Assembly: GCA_965205015.1 (NCBI GenBank)
Contig: OZ242029.1
Location: 2,496,001-2,560,000, forward strand
DNA length: 64,000 nt
Source of the DNA: Candidatus Poribacteria bacterium
GTDB taxonomy: Bacteria; Poribacteria; WGA-4E; WGA-3G
Reading direction: 5' to 3'
Below are positions 39,022-49,977 of the stretch, in pieces. The number at the start of each line of letters is the position of its first letter. The first letter of the stretch is position 1. The notes beneath the pieces are model-generated. The model made no database searches and was not told the DNA's origin. It was given only the letters and a program-made list of their open reading frames with translations. The translations under genes were made by a program, and so were the position numbers.

Positions 39022-39306
39022 ATGACAATTGAAGCGTTTCAGAAACAGATTGAAGATATCTACTACACCCGCGATGCTGAGCGTGGCGTGCCGCTAACCT
39101 TCACATGGTTTGTTGAAGAGGTAGGCGAGTTGGCGAAAGAGATCCGCAAACAGCCACAGGACATGACGAGACTCCGCGAGGAATTCGCTGATGTTTTCGC
39201 GTGGCTCGCGACCTTAGCAAGCCTGTTCGGTATCTCCCTTGAGGATGCCGCGAAAATCTACGCAGCGGGCTGTCCAAAGTGCAGCGAAACGCCTTGTCGA
39301 TGTTAG
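39022..39306 (+). CDS. MazG-like nucleotide pyrophosphohydrolase
   Basis: EEVGELAKE, EEFADV, C-terminal CPKC...C.C. Confidence 0.88.
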   Translation: MTIEAFQKQIEDIYYTRDAERGVPLTFTWFVEEVGELAKEIRKQPQDMTRLREEFADVFAWLATLASLFGISLEDAAKIYAAGCPKCSETPCRC

Positions 39307-39319
39307 CCCGTGGCCGAGT

Positions 39320-40621
39320 TTAGTTCCCGTTCAGAAACTGATCAAAGTTGCCGCCGAATAGGTTATTGACATCCCTTTGAATCTCCGCTGAAGTCAAGGT
39401 CCATCCGACATCAAGAAGCGTCTGGTATTTCTCTACCAGGACCTCTGCAATAATTTGGCGTGAATGTTTCCACTTGTAGAGGAGCTGATCCAAAATTCGC
39501 GCATCGGAGTGTTGCGGGATAACGCTCAAACCGAGCAGTTCAATCCGCTCTCGTGTGATTTCCTCAATGACACTCGGATTGTTCATAAACCACCAACATC
39601 CGAATATCATGAGATTTTTGAATTTCCGTCCGATCACACATAACTCGTGCTGATTTTCACGCGACAGGAGTGTAACGAGAAACTTGTTGTCAGGGTTTTC
39701 ACGGAGTAGTGTTTCCAGACTTGTCAAGTCCGCCTTTCCACTGCCATCGCCTGCCATCTGAAGTTGTGGATTCACCGCACGCTTCACGCCGATCATGAGT
39801 GCGAAGGGAACGTTAAATTCACGGGAGATCGGTAGTATACAGTTATCAAACAAGCGTCCGAGAACACCGTAATCGGGGTATTGGAAATCGGGTGGGAGAG
39901 AGACCGCCATGTACTTTGGATTCATCCGCTGAATCCATGTCTCTAAAAATCGGCGGACCTCTTTGTAGGTTTTCTCCATTGATAGACTCGGATCGACGTC
40001 GTAGCCGAGACGGCGGAGGTGTTCGTAACCGACTTCTTCATAGGTGTTGATGAGGACATCCATTCGGAGAGCCGCTTCAAAGCGTGTGTCACCGAGGTCG
40101 CCGGATTGCCATACGGGTGCCTCTGCCGAATCGAACGGATCGTTCGTCATCACCACTTTAGCGACTTTGGCGCGTTCAAAAACGGTGTCGATAAAAGCAT
40201 CGACGGTCGTATCCGCGAAATAGTCTCGGTAGTCCTGTAGGTTTCGCGAATCTACATCCAAGCCTAACGTGTCTAAGGTCGTCACGACACCGCGGCATGC
40301 CTCGCTCAGCGGTGAATTTTCGATAAACAGCGTCTGCCAAATCAGTTCCGCTTGTTCCGCCTTTGACATCGCCCAGAATTGCTGGTATGAGACATCAGAT
40401 TTGCGGAATACTTCAGCGATGAGATAGTGATAAGTGAGCAGTTCATCAATACCCCACAGCAACAACTCACCGAATGGTGGACTAAAGAGGTGTGTGTGAA
40501 TATCTGTGACACTTTGTGTGTCCACGGCATCTAAAACGGCGGTTTTCAATTCATCTGCGGTTTTAATTTTTTGTGCGTGGTTTGATTCAGGAACGTTCAT
40601 CGTGATCCTCTCTTGTAACAA
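39320..40621 (-). CDS. uxaC: Uronate (glucuronate) isomerase, divergent type
   Basis: TDIHTHL, LLTYHYL, MTNDPFD, GCWWF, HSDAR. Confidence 0.85.
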   Translation of the reverse strand: MLQERITMNVPESNHAQKIKTADELKTAVLDAVDTQSVTDIHTHLFSPPFGELLLWGIDELLTYHYLIAEVFRKSDVSYQQFWAMSKAEQAELIWQTLFIENSPLSEACRGVVTTLDTLGLDVDSRNLQDYRDYFADTTVDAFIDTVFERAKVAKVVMTNDPFDSAEAPVWQSGDLGDTRFEAALRMDVLINTYEEVGYEHLRRLGYDVDPSLSMEKTYKEVRRFLETWIQRMNPKYMAVSLPPDFQYPDYGVLGRLFDNCILPISREFNVPFALMIGVKRAVNPQLQMAGDGSGKADLTSLETLLRENPDNKFLVTLLSRENQHELCVIGRKFKNLMIFGCWWFMNNPSVIEEITRERIELLGLSVIPQHSDARILDQLLYKWKHSRQIIAEVLVEKYQTLLDVGWTLTSAEIQRDVNNLFGGNFDQFLNGN

Positions 40622-40660
40622 AATCAGCTAAAAAAACGGACATTGACACCTTTGTGAAAT

Positions 40661-41170
40661 TTAGGAAGAAGATTCTGACGCAATCTTGCTGGTGATAAAA
40701 TTAACGACTTCCTCAGGGGAGTGTTTTCCGAATCGGACGTAAACACCACGGAAGTTTTCAAGGCGTGTCGGATGGGCGAATGGACTGAGCAATACGCCAT
40801 TCGCGTCAACGTAAAAACTGCGAAATGTTTCCCAGGATCGCTCTAATTTATAGCAGCAACTTGTGATGATAAGTTTATCTGCTTCACAGTGATGGTGAAA
40901 CGGGAGAAAATATTTGTAGAGCGACCCGAGTAGAAAAGTGGCGGATAGCAGGGCGATGTAAATTGATTGGAAACCCCAATAGATGCCGATGAAAAGAAGG
41001 GTTAGAAAAACCGCTAATAAGATGGACTTGCGCCAATTTTCAACGAGTGGATGGACTGTCCATGAAAGCTTAGGTGGAAGGGTGGAAGGGTGGAAGGATG
41101 GGTGTCCACTCTTCCCTTCTTCCCTTCTTCCATCCGAGCGTCTTCCATTCCAGCTACTATTCTGTCCCAT
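40661..41170 (-). CDS. Hypothetical membrane protein with repeat-derived N-terminus
   Basis: ATG 41170 overlaps end of secG; two TM helices; LLSPF...LENFRG. Confidence 0.7.
   Translation of the reverse strand: MGQNSSWNGRRSDGRREEGKSGHPSFHPSTLPPKLSWTVHPLVENWRKSILLAVFLTLLFIGIYWGFQSIYIALLSATFLLGSLYKYFLPFHHHCEADKLIITSCCYKLERSWETFRSFYVDANGVLLSPFAHPTRLENFRGVYVRFGKHSPEEVVNFITSKIASESSS
41073..41151 (-). repeat. GGAAG/CTTCC 8-nt-periodic imperfect palindrome, in frame in CDS
   Basis: GGAATGGAAG...GGAAGAAGGGAAGAAGGGAAG...CCTTCCACCCTTCCACCCTTCCACC; related copy at 54300-54373. Confidence 0.8.
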
Positions 41171-41567
41171 CGCTGTCGAGTTCTGTCTTTGATGCGTCGT
41201 CGGTAGCGGTTCCGCTGTCTCCATCTGTTGTTGTTTCAACGCTTCCTTCGTCTGTCGTGTCAACAGGTTCGGTCGTGGCTTCCTGTGTTGTTTCCTGCTC
41301 AAGCGGTGTGAGTTCACCCCCGCTATCTTCGCCATAGAAACGCATCAGGAACAGTGAAATAACCATGAACCCGATAGCAAGCCATGTCGTCAGTTTACTA
41401 AGAAAGGTCGCGGCCCCGCGCCCTCCGAGAACAGACTGCATTTCCGCGCCGCCAAATGCGCTTGATGAAAGCCCTTCACCCTTACTGTCCTGTAACAAAA
41501 TGATCAGCGTCAGAACGACGCAGACCGGCACGAAGAGAAACACTACGAAACCGATAATAATTTCCAT
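41157..41567 (-). CDS. secG: Preprotein translocase subunit SecG
   Basis: ILLQDSKGEGLSSSAFGG...GGRGAATFLSKLT; follows tpiA. Confidence 0.92.
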   Translation of the reverse strand: MEIIIGFVVFLFVPVCVVLTLIILLQDSKGEGLSSSAFGGAEMQSVLGGRGAATFLSKLTTWLAIGFMVISLFLMRFYGEDSGGELTPLEQETTQEATTEPVDTTDEGSVETTTDGDSGTATDDASKTELDSDGTE

Positions 41568-41581
41568 CTGATTCTTTCCTC

Positions 41582-42348
41582 CTATTTGGCGTTTTTCACG
41601 ATTTGTGCGAATGATTCCGCTTCGAGACTTGCACCGCCAACGAGTGCGCCGTCCACGTCAGGTTGCGCCATGAGTTCTGCTGCATTTTCCGGTTTAACGC
41701 TGCCACCGTATTGAATACAAATCTGCGACGCGACTTCTGCCGAATACGCCTTCGTTAGCAAACCTCGAATGAAGTTATGGACCTCCTGTGCTTGGGCAGG
41801 CGTGGCGGTTTTTCCGGTGCCGATTGCCCAAACCGGTTCATAAGCGATGACGCAGGCCGAAAGGTCATCAGCGGATAAGTCCGCAATGCCGCCCGTAACA
41901 TGGTTCTCAATCACCGTTTCTGTGTGTCCGGCTTCCCGTTCTGCGAGTTGCTCACCGACACAGATGATTGATTTTAAGTCGTGTGCTAACGCCGCTTTCA
42001 CCTTTTGGTTGACGCTGGCGTTCGTTTCGCCGAAGTATTGTCGTCGTTCCGAATGCCCGATAATGACGTAATCACACCCTGCATCTTTCAGCAGTGGCAC
42101 AGAGACTTCGCCGGTGAAGGCACCGCTGTCCTCCCAATAGACATCTTGGGCGGCAAGACGAATGTTGCTGCCCTTTATGGCATCGTTGACCGCCGAGAGC
42201 GCAGTAAATGGCGGCGCAACAATGACTTCAACGCCGGTGTTGTCCGCAACGAGTGACTTTAACGTCGTTGTGAGCGCGACCGCCTCTGAAATGGTTTTGT
42301 TTAGTTTCCAATTTCCCGCAATGATAGGTGTTCTCATGATCTTTTCCA

Positions 42349-42349
<1 letters not shown>
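41582..42349 (-). CDS. tpiA: Triosephosphate isomerase
   Basis: [35 protein letters not shown]. Confidence 0.97.
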
Positions 42350-43395
<1,046 letters not shown>

Positions 43396-43527
43396 TCAAG
43401 TTTCACGATTTACGCCTTTTTAATTATACTCTAAAGTGCAGTAAATTGCAAGCGCGTTGTTAAAGTCCATAGCTGTTCTGAAGCAATTTGACTTGACAAT
43501 TCAGGCGGTTTCAGATACCCTATTGGT

Positions 43528-44349
43528 ATGTCAACAAACACCCCCAAAAAAGCGATTCAACCGACTGGAAGTTTCCGCGCGATTCCTGTTGCGGTGCCCG
43601 AGAATCTCACGAACGTCCGAATTATCCTCTTTGAACCGCGTGAACCGGGCAACATCGGCTCTGTCGCCAGAGTTGTCAAAGGGATGGGACTCTCTCAACT
43701 CTATCTGGTGAACCCAATTCCGTTCCGCGACGTAGACGCGGCGTGGTATATGGCGCACGGTGCGAAGGATATCCTTGAAAATTGCCACGTCGTTCCCGAA
43801 CTCAAAGACGCACTTGAGGGTGTCCAGTATCTGGTTGGGACGACGCACCGTCGTCGTGATGTGCGTCTGCCGCCACCTGTCCCCGCAAGGGAAGCCGCAG
43901 AAACGATCGCCACAATTTCGCAGGATAAACCCGTCGCGCTGCTGTTCGGACGTGAAGACTTCGGCTTGTCTACCGATCAGATGAGTCTTTGCCAGTTGAC
44001 TGCGAGTGTGCCGATGGCGACAAAGAACCCCTCCTTGAATTTGGCGCAGGCAGTCCAGATATTTGCCTATGAGGTCTTCATTGCAAGTCTGAATGAGTAT
44101 CCTCCCTCCGAAATTGACTATGCCGAAGTGAACGCCTTGGAAGAGTTCTATGGACGTGTGACCCGCTTGCTGGATAAGGTCGGTATGTCGCCGTATAACC
44201 ACGAATGGGAAACGTATCTGAAGTCGCTGCGAAGGGTTTTTTCCCGTGCACCGTTAGAAGCACGAGACATCGCTACGTTGGACATGATTTTCTCTACAAC
44301 GTTTCGATACATTGAGCGATTGGAGAAGGAATTAGAGGATTCTACTTGA
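43528..44349 (+). CDS. trmJ: SPOUT tRNA methyltransferase TrmJ/LasT family
   Basis: PGNIGSVAR, LLFGREDFGLS, SLNLAQAV. Confidence 0.85.
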   Translation: MSTNTPKKAIQPTGSFRAIPVAVPENLTNVRIILFEPREPGNIGSVARVVKGMGLSQLYLVNPIPFRDVDAAWYMAHGAKDILENCHVVPELKDALEGVQYLVGTTHRRRDVRLPPPVPAREAAETIATISQDKPVALLFGREDFGLSTDQMSLCQLTASVPMATKNPSLNLAQAVQIFAYEVFIASLNEYPPSEIDYAEVNALEEFYGRVTRLLDKVGMSPYNHEWETYLKSLRRVFSRAPLEARDIATLDMIFSTTFRYIERLEKELEDST

Positions 44350-44433
44350 AATTGTGGCGTGAACTAACGTATCATATATGTTAAGACTTTAGAAGAGACC
44401 TGCAAAGTGAAATATCTATAAAATACACGAAAA

Positions 44434-47400
44434 ATGCGATACATCAAGCCCATCGTTTGGTTCATTTTTATCTTCTCCGGTGCCAGTGGACTTATCTATC
44501 AAGTCATCTGGATGCGGCAACTCACGCTCATTTTCGGGAGCACTGTTTTCGCAACGAGTACCGTCCTGACGGCGTTCATGGCAGGCCTCGCACTCGGTAG
44601 TTACTACTTCGGTAGGAAGATCGACGAAAGCACACTTACGGGCGAGGCGACCTCGCCCCTACGGATGTATGCGCTTCTGGAAGCCGGTATCGGTGCGTTC
44701 TGTCTTGTGTGGCCCCTCATTTTAACGGCACTTGGCGCGATCTATGTGCTGATCCATCGCAACGTCACATCGGAATTCTATACCCTCTCTCTGATTCGGT
44801 TTCTGTTGACCTTCGGGGTCATCTTGATTCCCTCTACGTTGATGGGCGGCACACTCCCGGTGCTGACCCGATTCTTTGTGAAAAGATTGGAGCAACTCGG
44901 CACGAACATCGGAATCCTGTATGCGTTGAACACGTTCGGTGCCGTTGTTGGAACTGTGGCGGCGGGTTTTTTCCTGATTGAGGCGTTGGGCATCCGATGG
45001 ACACTCGGGATCGGGATCGCTATCAATTTCGCTGTCGCAGCGGTTGCATTAGCATTAGCACAGAAGGTATCGGGAACAGAAGCGGACGAACCGCCTGAAG
45101 AAACACAACACGCGGAATCTGAAGATGTGCCCTATCTACCTGAAAGGCAATTAGTGTTATGGGCGATAGGTATCTCCGGGTTCTGTGCTTTGGCGTATGA
45201 AGTGTTATGGACCCGTATCATGGTCTTCTTCCTTGGGAGCACGACGTATGCGTTTGCGACGATGCTTGCGGCGTTCCTGTTCGGCATTGCACTGGGGAGC
45301 ATGGTGTTTTCGCGCTGGGTTGACCGGATTAAACAACCGATCGCGGTTTTCGGCATCGTTCAGCTCGGTATCGGGCTCTTCGCGCTTATCTTGATGCCGG
45401 CGTTTGAGGAGTTGTACGGGATGAGCCAAGCGTTCCAATCGACGTTCGGTGTGAGCAGATTTTGGGCGTTTTTCTCCTGTTTTCTTGTGATGTGTCTGCC
45501 GACGTTTCTGATGGGCGCGAGTTTTCCACTCGTAACGAAAATTTACACAGGTAACGCACGCCAATTGGGGAGGAGTATCGGAAACGTCTATGCAGTCAAC
45601 ACGGTTGGAAGTATTTTGGGCGCGTTTTGTGCGGGGTTTATCCTGATTCCATTGCTGGGTATCCGACCGAGTATCGTGCTGACGGTGGTTTTGAACACGG
45701 GCATTGGATGTTTTCTTGTTTTAAAAGATAGGGCGCGGGAAACCGAAACAGGAAGATCGCTCCTACAAGGCGTAGGCGTAGGGATACCGGTTCTCAGTGC
45801 TGGGTTGGCTGTGATTCTCTTGCTTACGGTGAATCAACCGCTCTTTCTGAAGAGTACTATTTTCAAAACGCAACGTCCCGGCGATACACTCATTGATTAC
45901 AACGAAGAGGTGGATGCCACCGTAACGACGTTAAAAGATGATGAAGGGGTCTACCGTCTCTATGTGGATACAAATCAAGCAGCAGATGCCTCGCGCTGGG
46001 ATTCACCGTCGCATCGCGTCATTGCGCACCTACCGTTACTGTTGCACCCACGTCCGAAACAGGCACTCGTCGTCGGGTTCGGTATGGGGCTTACCTCACA
46101 TTCAATCACACAGCACGGTGTCCGCGTCGATGCGATAGAATTGTCCAGTGGTGTGATTTCCGCGGCGCAAAAGCATTTCACGCACATCAATGGAAATGTG
46201 TTTGAGAATCCATTGTTCAATTATAGACTCAATGACGGACGAAATCATATCCTGATGACGAAGACGAAGTACGACATGATCTCAACGGGTATTATCCATC
46301 CGCTTGTGAGTGCGGGGAGTTCCAATATCTATACAGCGGACTTTTACCGACTCTGTCGTCGGATTCTGAGTGAAGATGGGATTATGTGCCAGTGGGTGCC
46401 GTTGCATCGCTTACCGGAGGCACACTATAAGATGATTGTGCGTACCTTCATTGAGGTGTTCCCACAGACGACGCTGTGGTACAAATACACACCCGATTTT
46501 GTGATTCTCATTGGCACGCCTGAGCCGCTCCGAATTGACTACAAAAACTTCATGGCACGTGCACGGATCGCGAGTATCCGCGAAGGGCTTGCTGCCGATG
46601 ACCTTGACGGTCCGTCGCTCCTCGATTCATTCATGATGGGACCCGAAACTGTGCGTAAATACGCTGGCGTTGGACCGATTCACACAGACAACCGTCCTCG
46701 ATTAGAATTCTTTCGGGGGATAGACTTGGTGGGGACGACACTGCAAAACGTTAAAGGGATGTCAGAATATCGGGAGCGGGTGCTACCTTATCTCGAAAAC
46801 TACGGCGCAACACTTGCAGAGAAACGGGGTGTCCGAGAGAAGCTCGACACTTACTTCAGAGCCACACAGCGGTTAATCCGTGGACAGATTGCTTACGCCA
46901 GTGGGCAGTATCAGAGTGCCGCATCGCTCATGAATGATGCTGTAGAAATCAACCCTGTTGACGAGACAATTCGTTACAACTTCGGTGTAGTTGCAGGCTT
47001 AATCCGTGAAGGTGAACAGGAAGAACTCCGACAGATTGAAAAGCAGGTACAGCAAACAATGGCGCAAAATCCTGATGACCTTCAGGGACACCTCCACTTG
47101 GCGACCTTATATGAGATGCAGGGTGAACTTGGAAAGGCAACGCGGGAACTGGAAGCGCTGCTCAGACGCGATCCAAAAAGATTTGAGGTCTACCTACTCT
47201 TGGGTCCCTTATATGAACGCCAAGAGCGATACCAGGATGCGCTTCGGACTTATGAACGACTTGAACGGCAGGCAACAACTTCGCAGCTGCCTGCGCCTAT
47301 TTTTGCGGCAATGGCGGGGCTCCATCTGCAATTAGAAAATCTAAAGGAAGCTGAAAGATATGGAAAGAAGGGCATCGCGACAGATGCCAATTCGTGGCGT

Positions 47401-47577
47401 TCACATTACATTCTTGGAAACGTTTACGCCGCTATGAATCAACCGCGGAAACAGATAGCGTCCTACGACACTGCCTTGAAAGTACTTGATGGAATCATCC
47501 GTGTTACCACAGATCCGAGTGAGTTATTGCGTGCCAGAGAACAGATCCAAAATGAACTTGAACGGCTTAGAAAATAA
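44434..47577 (+). CDS. Fused MFS-like membrane domain / spermidine synthase-like domain with C-terminal TPRs
   Basis: SGASGLIYQVIW, LMGGTLP, LYALNTFG, ALVVGFGMG, DGRNH, CQWVPL, TPR helices. Confidence 0.88.
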   Translation: MRYIKPIVWFIFIFSGASGLIYQVIWMRQLTLIFGSTVFATSTVLTAFMAGLALGSYYFGRKIDESTLTGEATSPLRMYALLEAGIGAFCLVWPLILTALGAIYVLIHRNVTSEFYTLSLIRFLLTFGVILIPSTLMGGTLPVLTRFFVKRLEQLGTNIGILYALNTFGAVVGTVAAGFFLIEALGIRWTLGIGIAINFAVAAVALALAQKVSGTEADEPPEETQHAESEDVPYLPERQLVLWAIGISGFCALAYEVLWTRIMVFFLGSTTYAFATMLAAFLFGIALGSMVFSRWVDRIKQPIAVFGIVQLGIGLFALILMPAFEELYGMSQAFQSTFGVSRFWAFFSCFLVMCLPTFLMGASFPLVTKIYTGNARQLGRSIGNVYAVNTVGSILGAFCAGFILIPLLGIRPSIVLTVVLNTGIGCFLVLKDRARETETGRSLLQGVGVGIPVLSAGLAVILLLTVNQPLFLKSTIFKTQRPGDTLIDYNEEVDATVTTLKDDEGVYRLYVDTNQAADASRWDSPSHRVIAHLPLLLHPRPKQALVVGFGMGLTSHSITQHGVRVDAIELSSGVISAAQKHFTHINGNVFENPLFNYRLNDGRNHILMTKTKYDMISTGIIHPLVSAGSSNIYTADFYRLCRRILSEDGIMCQWVPLHRLPEAHYKMIVRTFIEVFPQTTLWYKYTPDFVILIGTPEPLRIDYKNFMARARIASIREGLAADDLDGPSLLDSFMMGPETVRKYAGVGPIHTDNRPRLEFFRGIDLVGTTLQNVKGMSEYRERVLPYLENYGATLAEKRGVREKLDTYFRATQRLIRGQIAYASGQYQSAASLMNDAVEINPVDETIRYNFGVVAGLIREGEQEELRQIEKQVQQTMAQNPDDLQGHLHLATLYEMQGELGKATRELEALLRRDPKRFEVYLLLGPLYERQERYQDALRTYERLERQATTSQLPAPIFAAMAGLHLQLENLKEAERYGKKGIATDANSWRSHYILGNVYAAMNQPRKQIASYDTALKVLDGIIRVTTDPSELLRAREQIQNELERLRK

Positions 47578-47656
47578 TATTTGTTTCTGATATGAATTTC
47601 AGAAGCGATCTGGTGTTTAATAATAGAATATAAAGGTCAAGGACTCGACCGCTTGA

Positions 47657-47920
47657 CCGAACCGCAAGGAATTTTTTAAATGTTCGCGAGGCGAGAAATG
47701 GGGTGTTTTGTTTATTGAGGATTTCCTCTTATATCCGCCTGCGTGTTTTTGCTTGGGTATTTCTGTGTATTGTTGCAGGCTGCTGTCTTGGATAGAACGA
47801 AAAGCCGTAGCCTGTAACGGAGTGGAGGGCGGATATACGGAAAAGCGCGTTATTCTTCAAAACCCACCTGACCGAGCCGCAAGGAACAATTAAAAAACCG
47901 AACCGCAAGGAAAATTTAAA
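47657..47920. repeat. Composite repeat region upstream of aspS
   Basis: Three CCGA.CCGCAAGGAA copies, an inverted pair of AGCCTG(C/T)AAC...GGCGGATAT, and GTTTTTGCTTGGGTATTTC at 47745-63. Confidence 0.75.
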
Positions 47921-49960
47921 ATGTCTCAAGAAACTCAAGAAGCTACATCACCTTGTTTAAAACGGACCCATTATTGTGGGGACCTGCGCTTAGCCGATGC
48001 AGGCGTCACTGTGCAACTCAACGGCTGGGTCAACCGCCGTCGAGACCATGGGGGCGTCATCTTCGTTGATTTACGCGATAGAACAGGCATCACACAAGTT
48101 GTCTTTGATCCACAGATTGATGAAAAAGCACACGTCCTCGCAGATAGTATTAGAAGCGAATATGTGCTGAACGTCAGCGGCATCGTCCGCGAACGGGATC
48201 CAGGCGAATTGCTGTTCCATGCGGACGCTGCGTACCAGACGGAACTCGCCGATGGCACCCTCTCCGCAGCGTTCCGATCTCTGTTTTCGGATGTCGATAC
48301 GAAGTACACCCTCTCTGAAGAGATTGAGGTAGCGACCCGCGTCGCCGGCACGCGGTGGCTGCTCACCGATGTCGAAAACAATCGGACGTATCACATCGTC
48401 AGTGAAGATGCGGGGGCGGAAAACGGTCTCAGCATTTATCAAGGCACGGTCAACCCGGAACTCGATACGGGTGAAATTGAAGTCGCTGTGGATTCTCTGA
48501 ATATTCTGAATACTGCCAAAACGCCGCCGTTCCCAGTTGAAGACGACGTTGACGTAGCGGAAGACATTCGGATGCGCTACCGATTCGTCGATCTACGCCG
48601 TCCTGAGATGCAGAAGACTTTGGCGATGCGGCATAAGGCAGCACTTGCAGCACGCAACTATATGAACGAGCAGGGTTTCCTTGAGATTGAGACTCCCATT
48701 TTGATGAACAGCACGCCAGAGGGGGCGCGCGATGTACTCGTTCCGAGTCGTCATTACCCCGGCAGGTTCTATGCGCTTCCACAATCCCCGCAGCAGTTCA
48801 AACAGATTTTGATGATGAGCGGTGTTGATCGGTATTTCCAGATAGCACGGTGCTTCCGCGATGAGGATACCCGTGCTGACAGACAGTTGGAATTCACCCA
48901 GCTTGATATTGAAATGTCATTCGCCGACGTGGACGATGTACTTGAGGTGACCGAGGGGTTGATGAAACGCATATTTGAGGATGCGGGGGGTATTCCCGTC
49001 CAAACGCCTTTCCTACGGCTCCCATATTACGAGTCGATGGCACGGTTCGGGAACGACAAACCCGACACGCGGTTCGGTATGGAGCTGACCGATCTCTCGG
49101 ATGTCATGGCGGACTGTGAGTTTCAGGTATTTACACGCACCTTGTCGGCAGGTGGGCAGGTTAAAGCCATTGCCGCGCCAGGGGGTGCAGACTTTTCACG
49201 CAAAGATATCGATGACCTGACGCAATTTGTCGCCATCTATCGCGCGAAAGGATTGGCATGGGTTAAGGTCACAGCAGACGGATTTTCCTCGGGTATCGTT
49301 AAGTTCTTCACAACAGAGCAACTTGAAACGGCACAGGAGAGAACGGGCGCGAAACCGGGCGATATCATGTTCTTTGTCGCCGACACACCGAAGGTCGTCG
49401 CCGATGCCCTCGGCAACCTCCGCCTCCACCTCGGACGCAAACTCAACCTCATTGACGAAACTCGGTACAACTTCCTGTGGATCGTTGATTATCCGCTGTT
49501 TGAGTGGAACGAGGATGAGAATCGGTATGAATCGGTACATCATCTATTCAGCGCGCCGAAAGAAGAATTTCTACCGCTCTTAGAGACGGATCCGAGTAAA
49601 GTCCAAGGTCAACACTACGATCTGGTGTGCAACGGCTATGAGATCTGTAGCGGAAGCGTGAGAATTCACCAGTGGGATGTTCAACAGAAGGTGTTTAAGA
49701 TTATAGGCATTACACCCGAGGATGTCAAAAATCGCTTTGGCTATTTCATAGACGCCTTGGCGTATGGCACGCCGCCGCATGCAGGTATTGCCCCGGGTTT
49801 AGACCGGATTGTTATGTTGATGCGGAATGAGGAGAACATCCGAGAGGTCATCGCGTTCCCGAAATCGCAACAGGGACTGTGCCCGCTCACACACGCTCCC
49901 TCTGTTGTAACGGATGCCCAACTGGAAGAGTTATCAATTCGCGTTGATGCAGAACTCTAA
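47921..49960 (+). CDS. aspS: Aspartate--tRNA ligase with 80-aa insertion
   Basis: RTHYCG, RDHGGVIFVDLRD, STPEGARD, LPQSPQ, CFRDED, PPHAGIAPGLDR. Confidence 0.97.
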   Translation: MSQETQEATSPCLKRTHYCGDLRLADAGVTVQLNGWVNRRRDHGGVIFVDLRDRTGITQVVFDPQIDEKAHVLADSIRSEYVLNVSGIVRERDPGELLFHADAAYQTELADGTLSAAFRSLFSDVDTKYTLSEEIEVATRVAGTRWLLTDVENNRTYHIVSEDAGAENGLSIYQGTVNPELDTGEIEVAVDSLNILNTAKTPPFPVEDDVDVAEDIRMRYRFVDLRRPEMQKTLAMRHKAALAARNYMNEQGFLEIETPILMNSTPEGARDVLVPSRHYPGRFYALPQSPQQFKQILMMSGVDRYFQIARCFRDEDTRADRQLEFTQLDIEMSFADVDDVLEVTEGLMKRIFEDAGGIPVQTPFLRLPYYESMARFGNDKPDTRFGMELTDLSDVMADCEFQVFTRTLSAGGQVKAIAAPGGADFSRKDIDDLTQFVAIYRAKGLAWVKVTADGFSSGIVKFFTTEQLETAQERTGAKPGDIMFFVADTPKVVADALGNLRLHLGRKLNLIDETRYNFLWIVDYPLFEWNEDENRYESVHHLFSAPKEEFLPLLETDPSKVQGQHYDLVCNGYEICSGSVRIHQWDVQQKVFKIIGITPEDVKNRFGYFIDALAYGTPPHAGIAPGLDRIVMLMRNEENIREVIAFPKSQQGLCPLTHAPSVVTDAQLEELSIRVDAEL

Positions 49961-49977
49961 GCACAGTCGCGCTTTCG

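Noticed and set aside
41171-41335. N-terminal extension of ORF 40661..41335
   Set aside because: It overlaps secG in another frame; ATG 41170 is the more plausible start.
48206-48445. Intein or intron in aspS
   Set aside because: No Cys/Ser N-terminus, no His-Asn C-terminus, the frame is open, and no group I/II intron hallmarks were seen.
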